From contig JALDZS010000107.1 in NCBI GenBank assembly GCA_022813965.1, positions 1 to 64,000 of the forward strand: 64,000 nucleotides of DNA, read 5' to 3'. The notes under the pieces were generated by a model. That model ran no database searches. It was given only the letters and a program-made list of their open reading frames with translations, and had not been told where the DNA came from. A program made the position numbers and the translations under genes. Source of the stretch: Toensbergia leucococca. Taxonomy: Eukaryota. This document shows, in pieces, positions 1 through 12,441 of the stretch (its first letter is position 1; every line of letters begins with the position of its first letter).

Positions 1-1677
1 TGTTTAACATGGCAAAATCCACCACAATTCCTCGCCAAGATTTTTCAGAAAAAGGGAAAAGATCCGACATTCCTGCCCTGCTTTACGTCCCCCCAAATCA
101 TTACAAAACAAAGTGGTTGGCCATGAAAAGCAGGGGGTGCGGCGTGTTAAAACGTGGGTTTCATTCAGAAACGGTGGGTGTAAGTGGGGCCAGTCCAGCG
201 CTCCGGGGGCAAACCGCTTCGAGCACACACACACCCCGGGTTTGGCCAAAAAGTTGCACAAAGGGGCTTCGGGGGGGTTGGTTTTCTTTTCAGCGCCGAT
301 CCAAGCAGGGGAATATCACACGGATTTTTTGGTGTGTGTTTTATTCGAGATGTGGGGGAGAGAGAGTCTTGTGTTTTTTTCTCTCCCTCAGAAAAAAGTT
401 TTTTTTGCCCATCTTGGCAAAAACAGGATTTTTTTTTCAAAAGTCTGGATCTAGGGGTTTTGTTATTTTTAATTTTCTTTTCACCACAAAAGCCCCTCTT
501 TGGAGGAAAGAACTAGCGGTGTATATATATAGTTTTGGTCGAAGAACGGGTTCATGAATTGCATCCGGTTGCCAGTTTTGCTGGAAGCCGGCGCGCGCCG
601 TTTGCGGAAAAAAAAAAAAAAAAAAGCCCCGTTTTTTTGTTCCATGGAAGGGAAGGTTGTGGGAAAGGGAGTCGGAGGATCAAGGAAAGCTGGATCTATA
701 TTGAAGGAGCTTTTTCGATTGTTGGAATTTTTAGTGATCATCTATCTAGTCACTCGAGAGTTCTTCGATGATGAAGAAGATCCGTGTGCATGCGGCCCTG
801 GGTAGCTACAGAATGGAAGAAAGATGTTTGACGGGGGCCGGGCAGACCTAGATACAGTTCGGCGTTGGAAAGACTCACGTTGATAATGCAACTCGGAGAT
901 CCCCAGATGTTGGGTGGCTGTATATATATATTCCCTCAAAACACAGTAAATATACTCACAGCTCACACAAAGAATCCAAATCCCCGGCCTAGTGTCAGTG
1001 GGATAGAATGTTAATTTCCAGTCCTGCTTCTTGACAGCGGGCAATGAACCAGACACCAAGGGTCACCCAACATCAATGTCAAATCCAAATCAAACCCAGT
1101 GGTTTCTTTGCCGTCCTTTGACGTGGTATTGCCTGAACTGAAACTTCTTCACGAACTCAGAATGTACTTGCTTCTGAGGAGAAAAATTCCATTGAAGTTA
1201 CTGACATGATTTTTTTTTCATTTGTTTGTGTCGAAAAAAAGGTGCCGCAAGAAAGAAAAAGGGGGCTTCAAAAAAGAAAAAGGGGGCACATTAGAACACC
1301 CATTCTTCAATATATTGCAAACTCAATTTACACATTTCAACCATCACCACACACACAAAAAGGGGTGGTACAATATACAAAAACAACAACCGCCACCCCC
1401 ACTCATCAAAACGCACGCCAGGGGTGTTCCGCTCAACGCTCGAGACCGACCTTTCCACTTTAACCTCAGAAGCCCCCAGTTCCCCCGTTACCCCTTCAAC
1501 ACTCCACCCGCTCTTCGGTGTTGGAAATAGTCGGCTGCGGAGACAGGATACACCCGCGATTAAAAGAGACAAAACATTACGAAAATGCTAAAAATCTGGA
1601 AGTGACAGAATTATGTATGTCATGTAGTCTTTGCTAGTTGCTCATCGACATTCATTTGTTTTCATGCACGACAATTG

Positions 1678-3315
1678 CTATTCCTCCATTCTGCCGAAGA
1701 CGCCGTCGTCGTCTTCGTCGCTTCTGCTATGAGAGACGGAACGTTGATCGTAGTCGTCATCGTACTCATCGTCCGTGCTGGCGAGATGGGTTTCGTCGAC
1801 GGCCATTGAATGGTCTTCTGAAAGGAGATGAGATAAACTTGGGGGTACGGCCGAATTTTGGTAGACTGTCGAGGGTATCATGCTTCCAGATGATCTGTTG
1901 ACGCTCTGTCCCGCAAAGCGAGCCGGCAAGGGAGGCACGGGTGGTATATCTAGAGGAAGATGTACAGGACCTGTTCTCGGAGTACCGAAACTGCAAAGAG
2001 ATTCCACAGCCGCCGCTAGACCTGCTTCATCTTCATCTACGTTCAAGTGACTTAAAGATCCGATCCCTGAAGCGGAAGGCCTGCCTTGATGACTAGATTT
2101 ACGGTGATGGCCGAAGAGTGTCCCCGTCGACTGGGTACCAGCCACCAAGGAGATTGGCGGCGCAGACTGGTAAGATCTGGAGAAGCCAGAGCTATTACTA
2201 CTGTATCTCTTGGGGTTCCCGGAACTCAGACCATCTGGGTTAGACACCAGATCGATCATAGGAGGTGGTGTCGATTCGGCAGAGCTGGAATAGTCATCAT
2301 GGGGCTCCGAATATCCAGAAGCAGCAGGGGAGGCTGATGATTGATCGCTATCGGTATTCTTGGTGGAGTCTGAAGGGTTCAAGGGATCTTGATTCATCGT
2401 AACAAGAACCGAGGCAGCTTCGAGTAGCTGGACTTGTTGGTGCTTGGAAATAAGAAGTTTAGAGGTGTACGACCATTCCGGAGTATGCTCCCAGCTGTAA
2501 TGACGAGAGTCAACAAAATTACTCCTGATGGAGCGAAATCAAGGATTTTCAAGTCCATGAAAGACCTTTATATGAAAGACAATGGGCAGAATCCGGACAA
2601 GCGCAAATAGGGGAAAAAAGATGTGAAAGTGTGCGAAAGAGAGCTAAAGGGTACTAACAGGTGCTTCGTCAAACAGCTGCTATGCTTGTAGCCTTTCCCG
2701 CACTTTTCACATCTCAATTCGCCACTTGCTCTCTTGCCTTCACTTCTTGCAATATGTGCCCCTTCGCTTGCACGCCGGCTTCGACCTTTCGAAAGACTAC
2801 CATTGAGCTCCACACCCAGTAGAACATCGTCAATGGCAAGCCCATGATTGACAAGGCCTGCATCGTTCATCAAGCTATGGTCGTGACCTGGTACGCTTCC
2901 CACAGCATATGTATCGCCCATCGAGCCGCCACTTCTACCACCAGACGTGGACTCAAGGCCACGCATGGTACCGCTGGTCCTTGAATTCAGGCTTCGACGG
3001 TGAGAAGGTATCGAGACGCCCGAGCTTGTCTCGTCGGCTCCCTTGATCACGGCTGCGATTGCGGCTACATTATTGGCAGCACTTGAAGTCATGCTCTTCC
3101 GTCTTGTCACTCGGTGTGTGGGGTTGATGGTGCCCAAGGACACCGAGTGAGAATGGTGTCGCGAGGTAGAGTGACGAATAGGTAAGGTCGAAGAAGGCGT
3201 TGAAGATAGGAACAGTCGATGTTGGCTGGACGGACGAGCAGCTTGGAGATCCTTGGGCACGATCAACAACAATATTGCAATTATAGATGACTTAACTTAC
3301 TTTGTCGGAGGCCAT
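1678..3315 (-). CDS. C2H2 zinc-finger transcription factor (3 exons)
   Basis: Spliced model: MASDK (3315-3301), intron 3252-3300, exon ending ELRCEKCGKGYKHSSCLTKHL, intron 2495-2658 (GTTAGT..TTACAG), then WEHTPEWSYTSKLLISKHQQVQLLEAASVL running into the 1678-2397 ORF. The CxxC..HxxxH finger is completed only after splicing. Confidence 0.85.
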
Positions 3316-4205
3316 GGCAGAATGTTCTGGCTCTCTGATCTCAAGGCCCTTGAAAGCCAAGATCTAGAGAGCCTGAAGTGTTTTGGTGTTATGCTTGTCG
3401 AGTAGTGGCTTTTGGCATGAACGACAAGAGCCCCGAGATTCTCGGGCCAAATGAGAAGACTGGAGTGCAATTGAGGAAGCTGCAAAATTTTGTCGTGGAA
3501 AAGGCAGTCGGTGGTGCTACCAAGGCTTCGGCTGATGAAAGCTTCAGCTATTTGGGTCCAATAAGAGGAGGGCTGAGGCGCAGCAAGTGGGCTTGGGGCT
3601 CGGGATAGCAGTGGAGTGTCGGCTTTGCACAGCGATGGAGCAGCGGTCCTGATAGTTGTTGGAATAGTAGCAAATACAAAGACAGAGAATACTAGGAGGT
3701 GGGCTCTAGCAGGATTTGGGGAAGGTGAGAATGAGAAAGAAAAGCTCGCATTAGCATTAGCATAATATTGCGGGGGGGGTGAGCGAGGGGCGGCGTATTC
3801 TATCTCAGTCGACGGCGGCGCTAGCATGCATAGGTAACTGATCACTCGCAGTTTTTGATTTGGATTCCGACCCACGCGTTGATCGTTCGCCTTTACTCGG
3901 TGTAACGATTGGCGAATCTAAGCCATCGAAGAGAAGGTGATGCCAATTGTCCATAGACATGTTATTGTGAGGCTTCCCCATTATTATTACTACGAGTACC
4001 TTACCTTATCAAGCTTACCTACCTTATTTTGCGCGCATTCGTAGCTCGTACTCGTACCTGAAGCCCACATACTCCTAGTACCCTAGCCGCTGCCACCCTG
4101 CCATTAGTCTCTACCAAACCACCCCCGCGCTTCCTCCTCCACCACCCTTGTGCTCTCCGCTGTTAGGCTAATATCTTCCTGCGGCAGAGCATCCCGATCC
4201 AATCA

Positions 4206-5453
4206 ATGTCCACATCATCATCACGCTCGGCGAGTTACCGACCTGCATCAAACGAACTGCTCGGAAATTGGAGCTGTGATTGCCTGACCATCGATCCAGG
4301 CCTCAATCTCGAGTGCTCCGAGGACCCATTTCAGATCGAGTTAGTTCCAGTTGCGCCTTTTATGCAAGTCACCTCAATTATCGGCCCCTCACCACGCCAT
4401 TCAGCCACCGTCAGTCCACCTACTCCTATCTAGGCCAAGCCAGCCTCACATAAGCATTGCGCTACTAGCTTATCACCTGATGGTGATGACGATGGTTACA
4501 GTGAGAGTGGATGCAATCACTCCGTTTTGAATCTATTGATAAGTCTCACAATCCTTCTCAATAAAATCTTCTCACCGACATCAGGGCCCCAGGTAGAATA
4601 TTCTTGCATTTCGGAAAGAAAACCTGTTTCAGTCAACAGCAACAAAGAATACCCCTATCATCTCGAGACCTCTTCTCCATTGCCATAGAACAGTATCAAT
4701 AACTCCATTCCTCCCTATTGAGACACTGTTCACCTGAATAGGGATGAATGCTGGGATGGAAAGGTTGTGAAAAATCCATAATCCATAATTAATTGCCTTA
4801 TGTCTACGCTACTTTACATTACTGTTCTATACGATTCAAAATTCAACACAATCAGGCTATCTGATATTCCCATCTTGGGGGTCTAGATCACTGCTATTGG
4901 TTGCTGCATTGGGAGAACGATTGCTTTGTCAAAGTAATTTTTTTGAGGTTGAATGAAGAGATGCAGTTGTTTTGAAACATATTCCAATCACCGTCCCAGC
5001 AACAGTCTTCGTATGCGAGCTATTCCGCTCTTCCGAGTCGGCCTTATACTCTGCATGTACTTCTTCCTCGAGATGAATATCTTTCATCCCCTCACTCGCT
5101 CCCACACTCATCGTATTTTCCCCACTTGATCGAATTTTGCAAATGCCTGATTGTGGATGTTGATGCTTGTGGCGGTTGACCGGTGGATTTGAGAGCTACT
5201 AAAGCCTAGCCCTGATGGGTTCCTCCGTGTGTGGATGTTAAGCTGCGCGTGTAGATCTGATGTCCCCGAGGCTGCCAGGAATGGAGATGACTGTGGCTCT
5301 TGTCATTTCTTCGAGGCTTATTTTGTGTTGCCACCGGATTGTTGGTGGACTTGTGTTCGGGAAGCAATGTATCAATTCTGTCGGAGCGAGATTGCGGAGC
5401 CGCTCCTTGGACAAGTTTTAAGCAAAGGGGATATTGCACAGCATGCCGCCTGA
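4206..5453 (+). pseudogene. Probable decayed gene of unknown family
   Basis: The frame from ATG 4206 stays protein-like through isolated TAG/TGA stops (4431, ~4686) that could be CAG/CGA-derived. Cys-rich ORF fragments at 5229-5453. Extent uncertain. Confidence 0.3.
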
Positions 5454-5580
5454 TAGCTTGACGATGTCTGTGATATCGGCAGCTTCTGTTAAAGATCCTA
5501 GATTGGCATTGAAGAGGTTTAGGCAATGAAGCTAAGCATCAGCAAGAGTAGATACTGTTTCTTTTCACCAATAATCACAT

Positions 5581-7892
5581 TCATTGAATCTCAGTCCCAT
5601 TCAAAAACCAACTCCAGTCCTGACTAAGATCCACACTTAGCATATTCGACCACGGAACATCTCCCGATTGGCCGAGATTGTTTTGGTCTGGCTCGTAAGG
5701 CAATGGCGCAAAATAGCTATCAAATGAGATGAAAGGGTCTTCGCTTCGAACGTTTCCCTGAGTCGTCGTTGCACCTTCGTTGAAGTTCGGCGCCATCTCT
5801 GGAGGAGTCGGTAGCTGCATCTGAGAATCTCTGGGCACACAGACGCCACCTGGTTGGGAATCTCCATTGCAGAATTCCTGAGTAGGGCCAACAACGATGG
5901 TCCCAAAATAAGGAATCACGATCTTGGCAGTCTGCTCTTGCCCGTTGCAACCATGCCTTGCTTTATTCATCAAGTCCAAAACACGAACGGCCTGAGCAGC
6001 GGCTCCGCCTCCCATCTCAGAAGAAGCACGGCGAAGAATTTCAACCGTTTCATTCACCATTTCCCAATCCTTCCCTTCTTGCTCAAAGTCCCGATTGGAA
6101 GAGGGACTCGTAGGAGCATACATTGAGCCAAGAAGGTTAATGACTAATAACATTGCCGCCGTGAAAGCTTGGAAGTCAACCACCTAAGATTTTCAGCATA
6201 CTATCGAAAGTCAAGCCAGCCTTGAGGACGTACTTTGCAAACATATGAACCTCCTGTTCCTGCGTCGGCCCTTAGAATTTGATAAATTCTGATCATCTCA
6301 CGAGACGAGTCTGTTGCAGCAAATTTGCTATACTCATATTTCCGATCCATCGAGGCTTTCAGCATAAACGGTTGGTGGAGTACGGCTCGAATTTGATGAT
6401 GCCAGAACTGAGTAATGAGCTGGTCAAGGGCATCGCCCGTGTTGGCCTGTCCACCTGATGCGTGTCGCCACCATTCATCGGGCATTGATCGAGTAAGATC
6501 GTCTAATTCCTGATCAATTTTAAGGGTCGAAGACAGACATACGCTTGACAAGTCTTGGTTTCTATCAACCACATGGCCACTGACAACGGAAAGTTTGAGC
6601 CTATAGAGCTCTCCAGTCGATATTTCAGCGCAGTACCTCTCCATAGCGTCCACATTGTAGTGGTGATCAGCAACCGCGTACGGCACCCCTAAAAGCAAAG
6701 CTAAATATCGGTCACTAGTTTGGAGGGAGGACCAGATGTTGAGTTTGCGACGTGTGAGTTCATCAAACCCACGTTCAGGTTTAATCGCGCAGCGATGAAG
6801 ACCTAGCATTTCTGCGAATGAGATTGCACGACGGATGGCCATCCAAGCTTTCCGAGGCCGACCCAGATTGATATCCCACTTGGTTTGTAGAACCATGCAT
6901 TCGAGACCATCTAGCGTACATGCATACTCGTCATTTGAAGTGATTTGTTTTTCTGTTATGGATAAGTAATGTTCCATAAGTTCCAAAGGGGGCATGCTAA
7001 GTTTCAAGCGACGATCAATGAAAGTTGGGGATAGCTGTGAGAGGCTGATCGCAATGATAAGAAGCACCTTGGCTAAAATCACTGGTCCGCCCGTGGCCAC
7101 TGATTGGGAGACGAAATCTGATACAGATATCTGATTTGGGAAACAAGTATCTCGAAACATTGTCCGCCATATCGCCCACCAATCGCTGCTTCCCACCAGG
7201 ATTATGTCGAGATCTTGCTTTGATGGAAGTAATGCTACCATGGTTCGACGTAGTTCTTGGTCTTTTGAGGAGACGACTTCAATTTCCTTTTTGACCTCAC
7301 TAAATAGACTCTTCATGCCTTCTTCCCCGGTGTCTTTATCCTTCCGAGTAAACTATGTATCTTAGCAATGAAGATTGAAAGACTTGCAAGTATTTAGGGA
7401 GCCTTACAAGAGCATTATCGAAGAGACTGAGTACCGGAGCATGCACCTGCATATCAGGATTCAAATCAAGCTCAGCAGATGGAGGTGTAAACGCGGAAAG
7501 TGTAGAGAGCTGGCTCTTTATGGTTCCAATGGAGCTTGCTTCCTTTTCACCCTCTCCATTGCTATCAAGTCGTTGAAGTATAGACTTGACCATCAATTCC
7601 AGCTGCCCAACTCTCTCCCTTAGATTCTGCCTCTGGTCTATAATTGGAGCATCGGCATCTGCAGACTCTTGGTCGATACACTTCAGACCTCGAGCAACAC
7701 ATTCTTCGCAGATGGAGGGTCTATCTGGTTGGAATACACAGCGTAATTTACGACGTCTGCCTGAAAATTGTCAGTATGTTCGATGACTTTGAAAAGGTAT
7801 GGAGTGCTCTGCTCACATTCCAAACAGCTGTGTGTGCCTTTCCGCATCTTCTTACGAGGAGGCTGTTCTGGCGTACTTGATTGAACGGACAT
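5581..7892 (-). CDS. Zn(II)2Cys6 transcription factor with fungal-specific TF domain
   Basis: MSVQSSTPEQPPRKKMRKGTHSCLEC | intron | RRRKLRCVFQPDRPSICEECVARGLKC gives the six-Cys cluster. Middle region contains AISFAEMLGLHR and DRYLALLLGVPY. Confidence 0.9.
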
Positions 7893-8376
7893 GTTGAAGA
7901 TCCAAGCGGCGGACGAAGATGGTACAAGAGACCGAGGATGGGAGTCAGACTCGGATTGTGACGCCGCTTTTTGTCCGCCAGCTTTAGTCCGAGATATCAA
8001 TGTCAGTAGACTAATCCTTTCGGGTAATTGACATTTGGTGCTGCCAAGTCTTCGTCCCTCAAAGCCCAACGGAAGTGCGCAACCCCTTTTCCCCGACAAT
8101 GGATGACTCAGAGCGCAGGAATCTAAGGCGTCAGCTCGATGCAAAAAAGGAAATTGGTATCGGACAAGCGACGGATTTCTGCATGATAGCTCTGGCTCAG
8201 CTTACGCCGCACGAATACCTATTCCCACCATTGTACGAGGTAGGTAAGGAGCAAAAGAGTGATATATAGACATCACGTCGAAGTCGGTCAATACCATTGA
8301 ATTTTCTCTAATAACTCTCCTATCAATCTGTGAAGTCGATAGTGATTGCAATTGTATTCGCAGCCCATCAGCCAAA

Positions 8377-10251
8377 ATGAGCGACACATCCTCCATCACT
8401 CAAACTACTCACGGGGTTTTCTCGGAGAAGGAACCTCCGTATCGATCCCCTTCCCCGAGTATTCATGTCAAAGAAGATGGGCAAAATGTTGCAGAAGACT
8501 CTGAGCTACCAGAATATCCTCAAGCATTCAAGCTTGCTGCCATCGTCATTGCCCTCGTCCTTAGCATCTTCCTTGTTTCACTCGACATGACCATCGTTGC
8601 AACTGCCATCCCTCGCATCACCGATGAATTCCATAGCTTGGATCAGGTTGGCTGGTACGGCAGTGCGTTTTTTCTGACACTTGCAGCATTTCAGTCTACG
8701 TGGGGAAAGGCGTACAAGTATTTCCCGCTGAAGATGACATTCCTGCTCTCCATCGCACTTTTTGAGCTCGGCAGCTTGATCTGCGCCGTTTCCCAGGATT
8801 CCACGACTTTAATTGTCGGGAGAGCTATAGCAGGTATAGGAGGGGCTGGTATTGCGAGTGGAGCTGTACGTTCTATTTCGTTAGGTGTTAATCCTTGCCT
8901 ATACTAACGTCTATAGTATACTATCATCGCCTTCTCCGCTCCACCAAACAAGAGACCTGCATACACCGGGATTCTAGGAGCTACGTATGGATGTGCCAGC
9001 GTGATTGGGCCTCTTCTTGGTGGTGTATTCACTGACCATGCGTCTTGGCGTTGGTGGTGTGTAGGTTGTTATGATATATAGTCCTTCTAAAACCGCTGAC
9101 ATCTTCAAAGCTTCTATGTGAACTTGCCCATAGGAGGCGCATCGGCAGCAGTCATTATACTCTCGTTCCGAACCCCCAAAGCAGCCAAACCGGTTGAAGC
9201 TACCCTCAAGGAAAAGATTCTTCAAATGGACCTCGGAGGAACTTTCATCTTAATGGCTGCAGTCATATGCTATCTGCTTGCCTTGCAGTGGGGCGGGACG
9301 ACCAAGACATGGGGCGATTCGTCAGTAGTGGGAACGCTGGTCGGCTTTGGATTACTTATGATCCTATTTGGCGTCAACGAGTGGTACATGGGGGACAGAG
9401 CACTGATACAGGGCCGACTTTTGCGGCGCAGAATTATCCTCGTCGGATGCCTCTTCATATTCTTGTGAGTCTGCGAAGAGACATGCCCTTATACGGGTGA
9501 TGCTAATCTTACAAGTTTGGCCGGGGTATTCTTCGCCATGATGTATTATCTGCCAATATACTTTCAGGCCGTCGATGGCGTATCAGCGTCAGAGAGTGGG
9601 ATCCGGAATCTGCCACTTGTTCTTGGTGCTTGTAAGTCTCACCAACCTGGTTGACAGAGAGAATAGTACTGATTGTTTCTAGCACTCTTCACAATCATGT
9701 CTGGTATACTCATCACTGTAACTGGACATTTTGTGTCCTTGACTGTCGGAGGGGCAGCTCTGTCCACCATTGGGGCAGGACTGATTTCTACTCTCGACAT
9801 TGGCTCAAGCTCCGGTCAATGGATAGGATATCAAGCATTGATAGGCATCGGAAGTGGAATGGCAATTCAAGTTCCAATGATTGTCAATCAGGCAGTCGTG
9901 GAAATGTCCGATATATCCACAGTATCCTCCATGACGTTGTTTTTCCAGACGATAGGAGGCGCGTTTTTTGTTTCGGCGGGTGAGACCGCATTTGCGAATA
10001 CGCTGCTCGCCAAGATTCCAATCACCGCTCCCAATGTGTCCCCTGCTGCTGTTCTTGCAGCTGGGGCAACTCAATTGCGCAGCACATTTGCTGCCGAGGA
10101 CATTCCAGGGATTTTACGGGCATACATGGATGGCTTGCACGTAACATTCTACCTCGCTATAGCTTTGGCAGGCATGTCGGTAGTCATTGCTTGTCTCACA
10201 GAATGGCGGAACGTGAAAGGTAAGGTGGAAGCAGGAGGGTCAGGAGTTTGA
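8377..10251 (+). CDS. MFS drug:H+ antiporter (DHA2, 14-TMS; aflT/gliA-like efflux pump)
   Basis: [37 protein letters not shown] and [11 protein letters not shown] motifs. Four short introns join ORFs 8377, 9118 and 9673. Confidence 0.92.
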
Positions 10252-10959
10252 ATCTTTATGTTCTTTGAGCTTGTGATTTCTAAAATCATTCGCACATCGG
10301 AGTATCTTTGTATGGAATGTTGGTGGTATAGGCGGGAGCATCTTCTCAAGGGATAATCAGAGTAGGTGATAGAATTAGAGCCTTTCTAACGGTCGTTTGA
10401 GAATTCCTGGCGTCTACCCTTTAATGACTAGAATGATAGACTGCAATCATTAGCAGATATTATAGGCTTCTTCTCGTGGCTCTCATGTAGTTTCAGACTT
10501 TGGTACATGAGGCATTTGTGTGCTCAGTGAGATGTTCACAAGGCCTGCTTTGTTCTGATCAATATGCTTCGAATCTTTTCGACCATGATAATGGCATATG
10601 AGACCTTCATAGTGAGTGTGTAAACCCAAGACTACCTTCCCGGGCAAAAGGAACAGATTTGATATGCAGTTCTCGACGCAGCTATTTGGTCTATAAAGTA
10701 TGGTGGCTTTTAGTAGATGAATAGCGGTAGGTTTGGTTTGTGACTCTAGCAAATTGTCGTCTTTTCTCTATACTTCTCAAGGGATCGATCCGGATAGGCC
10801 ACACTTCCCGGCACTCCTCCTAAGTAGGTATAAGGAAACAGATACAAATCTCGGAATAGATGGGAGTTATTGTCACGAATCCAAGAATCAGCTAATGCGG
10901 ACGTTGGACCACGTCCGGCGTTGTTGAGAACCGCTGAAGCTGTTGGCATGTACATTGGT

Positions 10960-11622
10960 CTAAACCTTGGCTCTATTGAGAAATTCTGCACAGCTGGTGA
11001 CTTGTACGGCAATTACTGTACCGATGGTCAACATGCCCTTAGGTACAGCATTTTTCCATAATTGAATCCCCTTGAACCCTTCCACTCTCGCGATGATGGC
11101 AGTCCCAAGTCCGCCTGCTGCAGCACCCATCGTCCAGCAATACCAGAACGGCCTCGGCGGTAAATCATCGGAGAAAGTAGTAGAAAGGTAAGTGTAGGTA
11201 CTAAAACAGAAAAACAATTTACTTGACTGAGATGTCAATTCCTTGGCTAAGGGCAAACGACGCTGCATCAGAGACTGGGCACATATCTCTGCGGCGCCAC
11301 CTGTTGCACCGGAAATACCTCCCTTGAGCCAGATTGGAAAGGTGTTTGCTGACGAAATCTGTAGCCTCGCGTTTGTGATGTCGAATATCCAGAAACGTAC
11401 GCCAGCGCGGCCCATCAAGGCAGGGGCAGTTTTCAAAAGGCGCGGAACAATAAAAGCAGGCTTATTGCGGGAAACAAGAGACCAAAGAGGAACAATAGGT
11501 GTAGTGCAAGCGCCTGCTAACGCACCAGTTGCGAAATACGTTGTTTGCCGCTTTGGAGACGGAAAGGCTCGAGATGCTGAAAAGTCTTCTGGCTTGCTAT
11601 TGGACGATCTAGAGCGAGACAT
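10960..11622 (-). CDS. Short mitochondrial-carrier (SLC25)-like membrane protein, 220 aa
   Basis: Intronless ORF with three ~65-70 aa repeats. Each begins with a GxxxG helix (GALAG, GATGG, GAAAG) followed by a second hydrophobic helix (RAGVRFWIFD, KLFFCFSTYT, TIGTVIAVQ). Confidence 0.6.
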   Translation of the reverse strand: MSRSRSSNSKPEDFSASRAFPSPKRQTTYFATGALAGACTTPIVPLWSLVSRNKPAFIVPRLLKTAPALMGRAGVRFWIFDITNARLQISSANTFPIWLKGGISGATGGAAEICAQSLMQRRLPLAKELTSQSSKLFFCFSTYTYLSTTFSDDLPPRPFWYCWTMGAAAGGLGTAIIARVEGFKGIQLWKNAVPKGMLTIGTVIAVQVTSCAEFLNRAKV

Positions 11623-12441
11623 TGTGATTACAAAGACCTCATATATACCTTAGGTAGCGAAAAGGCTTTGGGATATTTAATGGAGAGTTGAAATGATACG
11701 AAAGTAATGACGTTGCTGCGTAGATATGCTCATGTCCAAACAGTTTATTCTACTAGCAATAACCAAAGGAAGAAATGTAAAGTAGTTCATGTAGCATGAG
11801 TAGAGATGGATCGGCTTTAGATTTGATGCGAAGACGCAGGGAGGAGGCCTACCACAGCGTGCATTTATAGGTCGTGCTTACCTTACTCTACGGCGGAGTG
11901 GCGGCAAACACTCCGGACTCATCCACTCTTCCACCACGAATCCTCATACATGAGGATGTCTGTTCAGGAAATGTACTTCTTGCTGTCCTAGAGTGTCTTT
12001 GACAAGATCCTTTTAGCCTCTCATCTCAAGACATTATGCCACCTACGGTCATTGCCTATTCTTTTGATTAGTCCATACGTGGCCGACCTGTTCATATGCC
12101 TTTTCACTCTCTACCAAAGCAAGAAGTGGCACATATGAGAGAGATACCTATATCCCGACGTGGTTCCGTCCGAGAACAACATAGCCGACGTTTCGACCCT
12201 GTACCATCGATATGCGATTCCCGTCACCTTGCCTGCCTCCCTTTGAAACTAGATTCCAACTCCAGACGTTGACACACTATGCGATAACCCACTTAGATTC
12301 TATTGTGACATAACGTCGGACAAATCATGGGAAGCTTTCGCCCCAACTGATAGAGGTACCCGAAAGACTAGCAGAGACTCTCGCTATTCAACTTCATATC
12401 TTTGTCTTTTTCACTTTTATCACTGTGTCATATTCTCACCA

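Noticed and set aside
3297..3875. 192-aa minus-strand ORF upstream of the C2H2 gene
   Set aside because: GTG start, low complexity, and overlaps the likely 5' UTR and first exon in another frame.
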